Of a stretch of 64,000 nt of DNA, positions 36,115-50,700 are shown piece after piece. A program made the translations under genes and the position numbers. The notes beneath the pieces were generated by a model that did no database searches, was not told the DNA's origin, and saw nothing but the letters and a program-made list of their open reading frames with translations. How positions within the stretch are numbered: position 1 is the first letter of the stretch; each line of letters opens with the position of its first letter. The stretch comes from Phoronis australis. Taxonomy: Eukaryota > Animalia > Phoronida. The DNA is taken from NCBI GenBank assembly GCA_002633005.1, contig NMRA01000532.1, positions 1 through 64,000 on the forward strand, written 5' to 3'.

Positions 36115-38820
36115 AGTGCCGATAGCTCATTGTTTGACCTAAAACCTTTCATGCAAAGGTAGAGTTCAATAACGCTGGGACCTCACTAAAAAGCAAGACT
36201 TCGCGAGATTAGATATTGTCATGTATTTTAAATTAGAACACCCTGGCGATTTTGGCTAGATTTTAGCAAGGTCCTAGCGTAAGTCCTAGCTTTACTAAAA
36301 CTTAAATATGGCGCGGCGAATATATACATGTAGGGACCACGACCACGTATTCGGAATAGAATTTCGTTGAGTACAGGCTACAAAGATTTCAAAAAAGTAT
36401 CCGGGTCATATAAAAACCCAAACTCTTGAGTACAAGGGGTGCGGTGGTCCCGCCCGTGGCGTCCCATAGGGTATCACACCGCATGGAACTAGCCAGCCAG
36501 CTAACTGTATGAAGAATATCGTCAAACTATATTAGTACACAGCTTTGTACCAAGGCTACCCGATTGAACGAGAACCTGGGCTTTCAATTAACACTTCTCC
36601 GAATCCCGGACCGAACTAGGGCAAAACTGAAATTACTTAAAAATTTTTAACGCTGATAACAGTAACATTGCCCGTGCACACGGCGCTAAAGTGACTGCTA
36701 CGGTTAGTCGGTTCAAGCGTTGATTTCCACTGAGGTATGCATTCTGCAATTCAGTGCCCCTGTGGCATGAATCACGCTTTGATTCTGAGCATTACGAAAA
36801 TTGTCCTATCTACTGGCTGAGTCTTTTCTGCTTAGCGAAGGCATGGAATTAGTCTGGAGTCCGGAAGTATCATGGCAGTGGTGTTATGATGAGCAGAACA
36901 GGCAACACACACGACACGTGTTTCATTGATCGAAGTCGTGCTCCTAGTCCCAAGTGTTACTGATACAGTACGGGTCTGATCAGTATTTGAGCTGTCAAAA
37001 ATTATGTTTGTTGGCGCGCCAAGCATGAAATTTGAATACATTGCTGAATAGGCCTCACTTCCTCAGACTAATTTAATACCGTAATTTACCAACCATGCAA
37101 ATGAATGTGTCAGCAAACTCTCAGTTGAAACTCAGACCACTGGGGTTGAAATGGACTAAGAATTAGCTTGAACATTATTCTTGATAAAATTTTATTAAAA
37201 ATCATTTATCGTACTCGAGAGAGGGATTTTGAAAATTATTTATCATGATCATTGTTTGTTCAACAAATTTTGTCAGTTGAAGACCTTTTGTAAAATATTT
37301 GAACGATGCGGCTATCAAACTTTTAAGAAGTCATTTGTCCTTCTCATTGCTTTAGTTTTGTTTTGGTTAAATGAACAACACAAACCATGTTGTTTACAGA
37401 CAACGCTCGCAGATAAGCAAGATCTTATTGCATTTGTTCGGTTCATGGAAGATGTTCACTAACATTCCTGTATTCCACCAGCTCGACCGCCTGCTGAGTG
37501 CATTCAACCTATCGACATACGCTGGGAAGACGGTTTCTTCGCCATCTGAGAACCGTCATCCTGAGGAGTCTGAGCCATACTCACCACCTGCGTGGAGACG
37601 CATGTCACCTGTGCCCAAGAAGAGGCACATCACGCCATTTAATGAGCGATGCCTACTGGTGAGCATTGTCTGTCTTTGATTTGTAGATTCCATTAAGAAT
37701 ACAGTGAAATTTTACCAATTTAAAAAACAATATGTCTGGCGAGTGAATTTTAATTTTTTTTATTTGTTTGAACTTAAAAGATAGGTAGGCACCAAGTCAA
37801 TGCTTTTCATTTTTAAGAGCTATGAAATAGTTTTAACCATCGGACATTATAGCCTTTGACAATTAATGAACAAAGATCAATTTTAGCAATTTACTTTCAT
37901 TCAAAGTTGGTGACAATTTAACCATATGTTGACGCAGATGCTCTCTATTGTGCACCTTTATGCTCACAGCGGGCTTAGATCCAAAATAATATTTTTTGTG
38001 AGTGGGTTGCATAATGGCTCATGCGCCTAAGTTTCACACGTAAGCCCAAGTTGTGTCCCCTGCATAGGCCCATACATTTGATTAATTTGTTTATAGGTAC
38101 ACTTTTTTGACTTAATGCTGTGCATCCAAATGGCATTTTTACTTTTTCCTCTGTATCTTTTGTTTTTTAATACCATATTGCCACGCCTTTAATCCCATTG
38201 GTCTACTTTGGAAATAATGCCTTTTTTCGCATCTTTTTTGTACCCAAGTGACATCCGCTCCTGCTGTAAAGAAGACATACGTGGCGCCTCCTATAGTTAC
38301 AGTTTTTTTTTGGTGCACGGCTTGATCTCACAAGCCCCTTGCAGGAACTTTGTTAAATGTGGCAAGTGTATGTACTATTTCTATGAAAGTGACAACAGAT
38401 GGCAGGGATATTCCTGGACTTAGCCTTTGTGACATTAGCGCATAAAAGATATTTTGTATTGTGAGAGTGACCTGTCTCGTTTAACTATCATTTTATTTGA
38501 GAAACCCAACTTGAATTCTCAGGGGACTGGTCTCAGATAAATTTTGAAGTTAATGTTGTAGCGTTATTTTATTTTGCCAAACTCGTCTCCTCAGCTTTTG
38601 TAAGTTACAATGCGCACTTGAATATTGTTTATCGCATCTTTTACACAATTTTTTCCTGTTGGTCAATGTACTCCTAGGTACTGCAATATATATTTACTAA
38701 TATTTTTACTGTGTGTCCTCAGTTTTACCATTCCCCTGGACTGTTAAAACCAAGAAATTTACGTCGCGGTCTGAAAGAGGTTTTTCAAATATTGTCGGAG
38801 ACATAAAAGCATCCGTTTAT

Positions 38821-39870
38821 GAAGAGTTAATGCAGGAAGACAATGCTAGTTTGGAAAAATTCAAGAAAATTATGTAAAAGGCAACACAATTCTTTTTTGG
38901 GTTAGAAAAATGAAACTTTGTTAATAATACAACAATAACTAGGACGATAAAGCCTTCTGGTGAAACTTTGATGAATCAAAAAGAAATTGAAAAGTCTTAC
39001 GAAAAAGTATCTTCTAGAGAAAATGTATGTTGAATTGAGAATATCAGAGATATTGTAGAAATTGAGAATATCAATGATACTGTAGAAATTGAGAATATCA
39101 GTGATATTGTAGAAATTGAGAATATTAGTGATATTGTAGAAATTGAGAATATCAGTGATATTGTAGAAATGGACGATGGCCCAGTGTTGCGACAAGACAA
39201 CGAGATCACGTGGTACAATTAAACGAACCTGAGAATCCAAACAATATGATAATGAGGACGAAGCAGTATAGCTTACATAAAATAATTTAATACTTAAATG
39301 ATATTTATATGCGCTAACCGCGAAGCGATATTGAAGCTAGTTTAAATAGTGAAACAACACGTGAGGGTGAGATAAAAGGACATATATATTATGACAAACT
39401 AAACTACTACAGATATGGATAATTACAAAAGTTATACACTTGTTGAGCTGTAAAGGTGGGTGACATTCTGCCACAGACGCAGCAGAAGGATGCATCTGCC
39501 CACCTTTTGGTTTTGCAAGATCAATGACCGAATGGAATTTGTGTTCGCAAACTTCTGTTTTTTGTTCTTCAAATATTATTAGAATCAGAATTGTCCGCAG
39601 AATTTTGGCAACTAATAACTTTTTAATCTGATTGGTAGTTCTCCAACTGACCAATGTACCATTTATAGGAATGAACCTGAAAGTTAAGAACATTTGTTTT
39701 GGGATTGCATTTTTGTTATAAGTCTTTTTGGGGAAGAATAGATGAATATTATATTAATTTGCTGCAAAAATGTGGAATCCGATATGTCTGTTATATTTGG
39801 TAAAACTGGAGAAGCGAATGAACTGTTGAATATTCTCATTCTTTTAGCCAAAAAGCGAAATACATTGAAA
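38821..39870 (+). mobile_element. Degenerate L1/Tx1-type LINE ORF2 remnant with most of the RT deleted
   Basis: Stop-riddled translation K.TQFFFGLEK*NFVN..IT...SGE...NQKEI (EN-RT linker); RILATN at 39599; QCTIYRNEPES*EHLFWDC with HLFWDC at 39691 (zf-RVT-like); LLNILILLAK C-terminal motif. Confidence 0.8.
39032..39170. repeat. 27-bp minisatellite x5 (gaaattgagaatatcagtgatattgta) inside the LINE remnant
   Basis: Direct inspection. Confidence 0.92.
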
Positions 39871-42800
39871 GTTGAACCTCGGGTAAAAGAATGGGAAATT
39901 TATTTCACTTCCAAGAGTTTGATGAATGTTTATGAAACTTTACTATCATATCATTGTCCGAAATTCCAAGAGACTTTCCCAAACTGGAAACTTTTTACCA
40001 CACATGTTTGGGACTCAGAGTACTACGCTGTTTGAAAATTATGATTTAACCAAACATTGCTTAATTGCTGTTACTCGCTGATATTCCCTAAAAGTTCCTG
40101 GAAAAATGCTGAAAGCATGTTTTTTAGGTTTTCATTTCTGTTTCAGGGATTCAGAGAAATTCATTAGGATGGAATGTTACAACTCCAAGTACAATACTCT
40201 TGTGATTGAAGAATATCCACCGATAGAGGATGACCTGACCTTCAACCTATCGACCTCATCATTGAGAATCCCTCGCTTACCTTTCCGAAACAACTGATAG
40301 CTAGTAAGTGAAATTTGCAGTTGATTCCGAGATCTAATTTTGTTCTACAGCATCCATAACCTTTGAGTTTATGTGACAATTCAAAGCTAATGACTGCTCT
40401 GCATGTTTATCTTGAAATTTAACTGGAGCAAGGTAATTGCATGAACTCTAGGATTATTTTCCGACCTTATAACACCGACTTCCTTATTGGTTGCATTTTA
40501 AACTACATATCGTTAGAAGACTTAGTATTTAACACTGTGAAGGCTAAGTTTTCGGAATGTAGTGATTTAGATGGTTAAAATATAGTGGGGTTAAAATTTG
40601 AACAATTTGATCATTATACACTAATGGTGGTTAAAAAATACCAAAAACTCAGCGGCCAACACGGGATGAAGACATCATTCTATATTACCGTCATGCACTC
40701 TATAGTTCAAAGATGAATGGATTGTACTAAAAAAGTTTATTAACACACTGTCAACCTCAGCCCGGTCCTCTCAGATTAGCACTTTCTCGATACAATTCTT
40801 ATCATTTCTCTTCATATCAAGTGCTAATTTCCTATATAGCATCATTTCACTTTCAAATTGGAAAACTTGGTCCAACTGAAAATTCCCACACAAACGGCCA
40901 ATGAGCATTCAGAAGTTCTCAATGAATTCTTTCTGTAACTTGCAATTTAAATTGTCATTCAATGGTCACAAAATGTTCACGTAAGTCAAATCAATTGTCA
41001 CTAAAGAAGTAACTATGCCTGGAATTCCCACCAGCAACTGAATAAAGTAAACTTATTCAGCTCTCCGTGGATTCTAATTTGTTTTTCCTACTTTCTGTTC
41101 CATAAGGGAATTGGTTGCCTTCCGATGGACATCATCTCTGAACCCTCCATAGAGTACTTCCCACCCCTGGAACCATAGGATCATTCTGTCTGTAAGTCAT
41201 TTATGACGTAATATAGGTCAAACCCCTAGTGTTTGAGGATTGAAGAAAACCCACACTCCTTCACACGTTTGCTGATAACATCGAAGAGAATTACTTCCTG
41301 CTTTCTCTCGCATACTAGAAACCTTTCCATAATATGTCATTTGGAGCTCCGCCCACGGGTTAATCAGTATTAATCAACCTCAGTTTTTTTGACAAGATTC
41401 TCATAAAAATCCGATTGTTAACTGCCACATAGATCATAAGCATGCAAGACATGGTTTTTCAGGATTGGGTTCTTTCATTTATTGCAGAAACATTGTAGCT
41501 TGAATGGAAAAAAATGTGTAACTTAACAGAACAACACGTTAATTTGCTGGTCACTCAGCTTCAGTTGAGTTTATCACTGTCTGATGATAATCATATCTAC
41601 CCATGGTAAAAATGCGGGCATCATATTAAGCTTGTTACCATGAAAAGGAGACGAATGTCATTTGTTATGATGTAATACAAAGACGAAGTGAAGGGATTGA
41701 GTAGTAACAAAGTCATTTTTTATTTTTTCCGATGGGATGTGTTCTAGCAACTCACATTGTTCTGTGCGTGTGTAAAAATGAGCAAATTGTACAAAGGGAT
41801 GTTGAATGTAACCATGCCAGAAATTGAACTTTGACACTTGGCTTACCTCAAAATCCAACTGCTGCCTGTGGTTTGGTAATTGGCTCAATTATGTTGCACA
41901 CCCAGCGGAATGAACGAGGAACATTGGGTGGCAACTATACAATTGTGTCAGGTTGTAAAACTTGTATTTCTTGTACAGGTTTCAAAAATATAAAATCCTG
42001 CTCGTGTACTTTTTATGGACTTTTTCCTGTTTAAAAGCTTTCAAAACGCAAACTTAAAATACTAATGCCACACCCAATGTGGTTATGATGGGTCTGATTT
42101 TCTAGATAACGGTAACATCAGCAGCCCAAGGCAATGTTATTAACTGCTGCAGCATGGTGTCATTGATCAATGCCAAGGTGCGAAAACCGGTCGAGTTTGC
42201 CATTCTTGACCAGTGAGGGTGTCAAAATGTCTAAATCTCCACTATTATAACTCACGTGTGGCTTAGCATCCACTTCTAATATATGTAAGTGGGACGTACT
42301 CAAGGGTGTTCTCAGTCAAACAAGAGTCCCGCAAAAGCTAAGTTTCCAAAATGTATGTGTCACGTCAATTCATTTTTCAGTTATTCGTGCTGGAAAAGAC
42401 ACAATAAAGAAATTATGAAATGGTTTTCTATTTTTTTATGCCATCACAGTTATAGTACTTACATGANCACCGCCTGTCATTGACGATGACGCCGCCTGTC
42501 ATCGACCATCAGCCAATCGACTGCATGCATTAATGAACATGACATCTACGCTTGCCCTCGTCGACTAGTGGCGTATTGACTACACCAAAGAATGACACCT
42601 GCCTGCCATCAACTGTGCATAGTAAAGATGAACTGAAGTTCAGGGAGTTCTTTTACACCTTTAGTGCTAATCATACTTAGAAGGTTTCACAGGCAAGTTT
42701 GGCCGAATGCCAACTGCCCAAATTTACAAATTTTGACATTTGAATGTTTACACTTTGCGTATATGTCCACATTTAATTTCTACACCTGCATGAGACTTTC

Positions 42801-42879
42801 ATAAAAGTGTGTCTTTGGGAGTCCCAGTTTGCCAAAAATTTTAGCTCCAAAAATAGTTATTTTGGTAACTCGTAATTTC

Positions 42880-44722
42880 ATGTAAATCCATTTCACGGTT
42901 CACGACAACCACCCGAAGTAGTTTGGCAGATGGGCGAGGAATTCATGGTCATAACCGCTAATTCTGTCATCATGTTGGGGAATTCCAGGTCGTTCTGGTT
43001 GATCACTGTGCTGTGTACTGTGCTGTCCGCATATCAACTGTGCATGTATCGGCGACTGTCCATACATCGAAGATTGCCGTTTAATCTCTGAGTATCGGCT
43101 GTTCGTGTGTTGATGCCTCGGGTCAACTGGTCGCATATCAACCATCCACTTCCCGAGGAATGTACATACATTGAAGATCGCCATCTGCTGTCTACATATC
43201 GAACATTCACGTATCAAAGGAGCATCCAGATATCGAGGATTGGTATCTTCTGTCCACAAACTGATTGTTCACGCATCAATGTCTGCCATCGGCTGTTCAC
43301 ATATCGATTGTCCTCACACTGAGTAGCATCCTACATCACGGATTGCCATCTGCTGTTTGCGTGTCAACCATTCACACATAGAGGAACGTCCACATATCCA
43401 GGATTGCCATCGACTGTTTGTGTATCGGCTACCCACACATTGTGGAACTTCCAGACATTCGAGGATTGCCCTCTTCTGTCCGTATGTTGACCATCCACAT
43501 ATCGAGAACTGTTCATGTATCAAAGATTGCCATCTTCTGTGCACACGTCAACCATCCACACACTGAGAAATGTTCACTTATCAAGGATGACCTTCTACTG
43601 TCTACAAACCACCTGTTCACGCAACGATGTCTACCATCAGCCATTAGCATTTCGATCTTCTTCACATCAAGGAATGTTCACACATCTAGGATCTTCATCT
43701 CCCATCCTCCTGCTGACCATGTTTCCGTTGATGCTTGCCCTTGATTGTATGCATCTTGACTGTCCCCCCACCGGGATAGTCAATATGCATATGGTCAATG
43801 GACTGTATGTATAATGACTGTCCCGGTGGGGGGACAGTCATTATGCATACGGTGGATGGCAGGCATCACTGGACACATGATCGGTAGGTGAATGGTAGTT
43901 GACGATTCTAGCTGTGTGAATGTTCCACGATGTGTGGAAGGTTGTCATGCGGATGGCCGATGGTAGATGTTGTTGTGGGAACAGTTGTTTTGTGGCCGGT
44001 AGATGGTGAACCTTGATGAGTGGATGTTTATCGGTGTGAAGGTGGTTGATATGTGTACGAAAGATGGCGATCCTTGATGCATAGACATTTCTTGGTATGA
44101 GGAAGGTTGACATATAGATAGTAGATGGTAATGCTTGAATGAATGGATGTTCCATGATATGTGGGCTGTCGATATGCGAACAGTTGAAGGTAATCTTGGA
44201 TATTGGATGTTCCACTATGCGTGGATGGTTGACATGCGTACAGCAGATGAAAATCCTTGATGCTAGGATGTTTCTTGGTGTTTGGAGGGTCGTCATGCGA
44301 ACAGTTTATGACAGCCATTGATGTGCAAACAGTCGGTTTGTGGACAGAAGATGACGACCCTCGATGTGTGGATGCAGGCCTTGATATGTGAATGATCGGT
44401 ATGTAGATGTTAGATGGTGAACTTTGATGCATGGATGTTCCTCGATGTGTGAATGGTTGACATGCGAACAGTTGATATCAGGTGTCGATGTTCGAACAGT
44501 TTTTATTTGGAGATTAGACGGAAGGCTTTGATGTATGGACACTCTTTGATGCCTGTACAGTTGATATAGGGATTCCATAATACACTGCAAAGGGATCAGA
44601 TGAATTGATCGAGAATTCACCAATAAGATGGCCGAATTAGCTCTAAGTGAACAGAACTTCCTGCTGATTCAGTCTCAGTACTTCTGCTGGCTACGTCGTA
44701 AACTATTAATATGTTTAACATC
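42880..44722 (+). ncRNA. Putative ~1.8-kb rod-like hairpin RNA, copy 2
   Basis: Same architecture offset by about 40839 nt; apex at 43758-43839. Confidence 0.55.
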
Positions 44723-47700
44723 CAAGTATCGAAAAATATCCGAACTATTGTTTGTGCGTTAATGGTCGTGCACTATGATTGTTTGAAAAAAGGATGAGGT
44801 CACTGGCAATTTGACAGTTTGGGTTAACAGCCATCCCCGATAATCTCAAAAATTCTGCTTAGGCATTGATGCGCGGCTTAACTTGCATGTCACCGTGATG
44901 GGCACTTATCTTGTAGTTAATTGGAGATTATCAGATGTACCTTTCAGCATGATGCCCTGTGGTAGTGTCGTCTGCTTACCATCCGTGTAACCTGGATCAC
45001 CATCTGCAGACCTTCACCTATACTGATGCAAGTGTTTGTGAGTTTCAAGACCGTGAGTTGTGTTATGATAATGCTGTTACTGTATAAAAAGATCTAAAGG
45101 TGTTCAGGGACACCAATCCCTAGTTTCAGCCATTCACTCTAGTAAAGAGGATGATGGGATTGCAGATGGCTATATCTACCGTCAACAATCTGACTTCCAG
45201 CATCAGCACATATGATTGACAGCTATCGATGGGCAAGGTAATATGAATGTATGAGGACATGTTTAGGATGAGTGACAATATGCCGAGGCATGAATGTGAT
45301 GATGACGACAACGATGTACGTGAGTGTGTGCATTATGATTTTTTTGCATTACAGGATGTCAATCAAGTTAAATAGGTAAAGTCTTCCTCGTGAAAGTGGT
45401 AAAACATTCCTGTCCAGTTTTTTCACGACAGGATGTCCATCAAGTTAAAGGGGTAAAATCTTCCCCCATGAAAAGCTGAAACTTTCGTAGAGTTTTCTCA
45501 ACAGAGGATGTTACTTGAGTGGAGATTATTGTCATTGCTACTGAACTAAAGAAACAGCGGAGCATTAAATTCATACTTGCTAACTGGGTAAAGTCTTGCC
45601 TTATGGCTTGATGACAATTCTTTAAGTGTCAGTAGTTAACGAATCCGTAACATGTGACGAATTAATGGTGAAATGGTACGAGACTGAAGAATCCATGATA
45701 TGCTGTGACTAAATTGAAACCTTTGAGTGACAAAGCTAATTGTTAAAAACAAATGAACCCAAAACATGCGAAAGTTAATGAACCAGAGAGTGCAAGTTAA
45801 TGACAAAAATCTGCAAAAGAGTAAATCAAACGAAACTATGAAATATGAAAAATTGATGGACCAATGAAATGGGAAACTTTAATGAATTCGTAAAATATCG
45901 CAAGGCCTAGAACGTGTAACGAACCAAACTGAACTTATAAAATGAGAGGGTGACATATTAAGATGTGCTTGTCAAAACCCACTTGAAAAAGCACGAACCT
46001 GTAAAATGTTGAGTGTGATGAATAAAATGGGAGAAACAATTGAATCCACAGAATGTGAGAATTTATGAATGAACGAAATGCTACTCAAACAAACCTGTGG
46101 TTGCCCAAATTAAACACAAGCGATAAATCTGTAAAATGCTATGACTAAATAAAACCACTGAGAGCAATGAAGGAAAATGTGAAAAACAAATGGAGGAAAT
46201 ACCAGGGTATATTCACACACTGTAAATAAGTCAAGTCTGGACTGTTGCAAGAGTAAAGGTACTAAATTCTTTGCCATCAATATGTTTCCAGGTAAAAGAG
46301 AAATTCCTTACCCCAAGGAAATTCGAGGAGATGAAAGCAAACAAAGTGGGCTGGAACAGCGACTAGTTCATGAATTTGTAAAATCTGAAAAATTAATGAA
46401 GTGTAAAGTGCAAAAAACAGGATGATCTTGTAATGAAATGAGAAAATTAAGAAAACCACAATAGACATTGAAAAATTTACAAAATGTGTATAAAATGATC
46501 GCTAAAAAACAAAAAGTAAAGTACAGTAAAGTATATCTGGAATACAGGAGAATAATAACTCGGTGAGAGAAAGCTTATGCATATGGTAGACAGTGCTTGA
46601 TGAGATCCATTGTCGACATGCCAAATTTAGGTAAATACTATCAAGGAAAGCAGGAGATACAACACAGATAATCAATAAAAGGAACAGGACTCCTTGGAAA
46701 ATCTCAAGAACTGAAAGTCTACGAAAAACAATTGGCAAAATTCAGATGGTACTTTATGCAACCTTATTCATACACCAAATTTCAAAAAAATCCCATGTTT
46801 ACGTAATGCAGCAAACTGAGAAATAGATATCACTGCACCATCTCGCGTCACTCAAACAATAGGCGTTGAGCTATTACAGAAACCTGGAGTGTGAATTTCA
46901 TGTCGATCTAGTAGGTGAAAAATGTGACCTGTAGCACGAGTGTCATACAGACATAGGTGCAGAAAGGAATTGGTTAATAGCAGAGCAGTCATCTGAATAT
47001 TGAGTATTTCAATAACATTAAGTTGAATTAAAACTAATGCTTCAACGCATATATCACTTCATGAGGTCCAGCCATCTGCCTAACTTCAGAAAAATACAGC
47101 AATGCCACATCTTGGCAATGTGAAATATCGAAAAACAGCCATCACATGCCATCTTGAATTCCAACCAAAAACAGTTGAGCTTGAGCTATGAACAAGATGC
47201 ATGTCAACTGGATAAGAAATTCGACCTGTTGCACGATGGTAGTATGATGGAGCAACACTAAGGCTTTGTCAATAAAAGAACAATCATCTAAAGAGAAGAG
47301 CAAATTTGAGTGAGAAGCATAAGATGCAGTGCTTGACAAAATTGTTTACATATTAATCATTTTGAGAAAGATTCATCGCGGGATGCCAGCATGAAAAGTC
47401 ATTCAACTGGACAGCTGTACCCGAAAAATCCTGAATAACGCGAGATCTGTTGTTGCAAAAACTGGATAGACTATTTATGATAGTCTGCTCTTGAAGAGAG
47501 TCATCCACATTTACCAACTTTCAAAGAAATCTCCCATTGATGATGGAGCTGTAGCTTCACCAATCAAAATATCCAAAACAATTGGCCTTTAACTTTGAAT
47601 GAGACAGTTGTGTGTAACTACGTGTTGAGTGGATTAAAAATGCTGTCTATCATGTAAACAAAGATAAGAAGGTACTCATCCTCACTTTAATATGTTTGAC

Positions 47701-50700
47701 TAGAGACATCTAATTTATGTTTGGCATATGTGTCGTAATGAACATAGACCATGCGTCAGGGAAGGTCTGTTATCAGAAATAAATAGGATAGATGGATTTG
47801 GGAAAATGTCATTTATTATGATGCAACAGTGAAAATAATGCAAAATACAGTCTCTGAAAAGAAGGGCATAAAAAATAATAAACAAGAGATGTTTGGGACA
47901 GTGCAGGCTCATCTGAGACTAATAGGTTTTTAAGGTGCTGCTCTGAATGGATTTGCCTTGTGTTATCAACGTTCGGGGTGCCGAAGTGTAGTACATTTCT
48001 ATACATACATTTTAACATGTAGCAGAGAAGTGTAATAAACCAATAGAACTTGCAAGTCTGTTTTTGACTTGCAAAACCAGCTATTTGAGAGATCTGGCAA
48101 TCATTTCAAGGCTATTGTGTGTGAGTTGAATTTTTCGAGACCACTGAAAAGTTTGCGAAACCAATGCTGAAAAAGTGAACTACACCATTGAACTTAGACG
48201 TGGAATGAAGGCATCGAAATAGCCTTCACTTGGAACCGAATCATAAACTGAGAATCTAGTATACTACGTTCGAACAGTATGTAACATTAACTTTCAACTT
48301 GCATAAAGGTTCTTATGGATGAGTACTGTGCGAATTCAAGGCAGATACGGATCGTATCATTGAGACAATCATTTCTAGCTGTTCAGAAGCAGTAAAAATG
48401 AAACTGACTGAAACTGAGTAATCTCAACTGAGACTTGACTGTGGACAAAACTACAGCACATACTGCCTAATGTCTTCTCAAGTTTGTAGTATGGACGAGT
48501 TGCTGTTCAAACAAATTGTAAGACTGCGTAGACATCAGTCCCACCCATGTATACAGTGCCACATCCCCAAGTTGTGATAATGAAAATCACCAGGCAAGAA
48601 CTTTGCAAAAACCAAACCATGAACTGATGAGTTTATACCTGTCATATTTGAGTGCGCGTGATGCGAAGGTTGTCGAGATGGGTAATAAAAAGTGCAGCAC
48701 TTGGGTAAGAGAAACCACCGAAAAAGGGGGTAGTAATGGGTGGGAAAAAATGAAGAGAGATTAAACTCAAATGCAAGTGCTGCTAATGCGAAGGAATGAC
48801 AGGAAACATATGGTTACTGAGAACAAAAGGCACGTGATAATCATCAACCTATAGGTGCCAGAAGCGACCAAACTCGAGGCACAAGACAGAAACAACCAAT
48901 AGTGAGCCTGGGAAAGAAATGTCCTAGTGCGCTGTGTGTGTGCAAAAGAGCCATATGCGAATCTACACTAACGATTAATGGACCAGTCCGGAAGCAGGAA
49001 AAAGGGGTTCATATTCTCACATTAATATGTTTAACGAGTGAAACAGTATTTACATTCGAAGTATGTCTCGAAAATAAAAGGTGTGTCGCAAGCTGTTTCC
49101 AGAGATAAAAGGAGACCTGATATAAAAATTGTAAAATTATGGAATTCATTGTCACTGACAAGTAATTTACCATGTGTTGCGTTTGTGAGAAAAGTAAATT
49201 GTGATTCTTTGTTGAATTGCGCCAAACACCATTGTATAATATGTTGGTGCAACAAAATAGGGACTTGACCACTGCTTGTCACAATGAACTTATACCCCCA
49301 AAGAATGTAGTAAAATTTGAATGGTAAAAGGCATTATTAATTGAACAAAACAATGCATCAAGTTAATGGAGTTTTGTGAAATGCAATAATTGAATGTGTC
49401 TGTAGAGTGTCATTAAATAAACAGAGAAATAAATGACCTGTAAAATACTAATATAATTGAATTCATGAAATTGAGGGAAATAAAATTCTGCAATCTCATT
49501 GATAAACAAGCGTTTCAAGTGGTAAAGAATCCATGAAATGCATCAAGTAAATGGCGTCTTGAGCTACAACAAGATAATGAAACTGAAATTACATGAATTA
49601 ATGAACTCTCAAATGTGTAAGTTGCAGCTATCGAAGGAATGTATTTAATGATAAATCATTAAAAGTTGAGAAATTATTGGTTTGTTAAAAGCAGTCTTGG
49701 AGTACGGAACAAATTAATAATCCCTCAAAATATCACAATCATTAAGCTGTTGTAGTATGACAGAACCCGTAAAATGAACTCAATATAGTGTGAAGAAGCA
49801 AAATTCTAACTATAAGTGAATCTATAAAATGTAAAAAACAAGTGACCCACAAAAGACGAGTTAATAAACAAGTACAACATGAGGGTAACCGTAAACGTGA
49901 GGGTAACCAAAGTCTCGGAAATTTAAATCGTAAGATGCATCATGGAGTGAAGAAGTAGTGCATCAATTTCCGTGAAGTACGACAATTTAATGACTCTGTA
50001 GACTGTCATGAAATGAACAGAGAAATAAATAACCTGTAAAATTTCAAAAATAAGGAACTGGAACTTTGGAATTAATGAACCCCTAATCTGTCGGGGATAA
50101 AGAAACATTTCATGTGAAAAATGACCCATGATATGCAACAAATCAATAGGGACCTGAGGTACTGCCAAGTGAATGAAATTGTGAAATTTCTTTGAATTAA
50201 TGAATCTTCAAAATGTGTTGAATGAACAAATCTGTGATCAGTAATCGAATAATCCCTGTTTAGAATGGAACTATCAAGGGAATGTTGATATAATTGGAAG
50301 CTTTGAAGAGTCATGATGAATTGACAAACCTTTAAAAGATAAGAAATTGTTGTTTCTGTGTAATGCAGGGAATTAAGGATTGGTGAAACAGTGCAATAGT
50401 ATCTGGTGAATTGATGAATTTAAACCACCACAAATCAACAATAACACAGGTATAGCATAATAATAGATCCTGTAAAATAAACAAAAGCGTTGAGTGCGAG
50501 GAAGCAAAATGCTAAAAATAAATGAAACGTTAGTATAAAATGCGAAAACCAGTGGGCCCTTGAAGTATCATGATTTAATGTAAAGGCATGGTAATCAAAG
50601 TCCTACAGTGTTGCTAGTCAAATATGTCATGCCAATGCTAAATGTTAATGGAAATAAAATAGAGACAACTGATTGAACCCATCAAATGCATTGAATTACT

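Noticed and set aside
38902-39240. 112-aa ORF with ILNFYNI repeats
   Set aside because: Antisense reading of the 27-bp minisatellite inside the LINE remnant.
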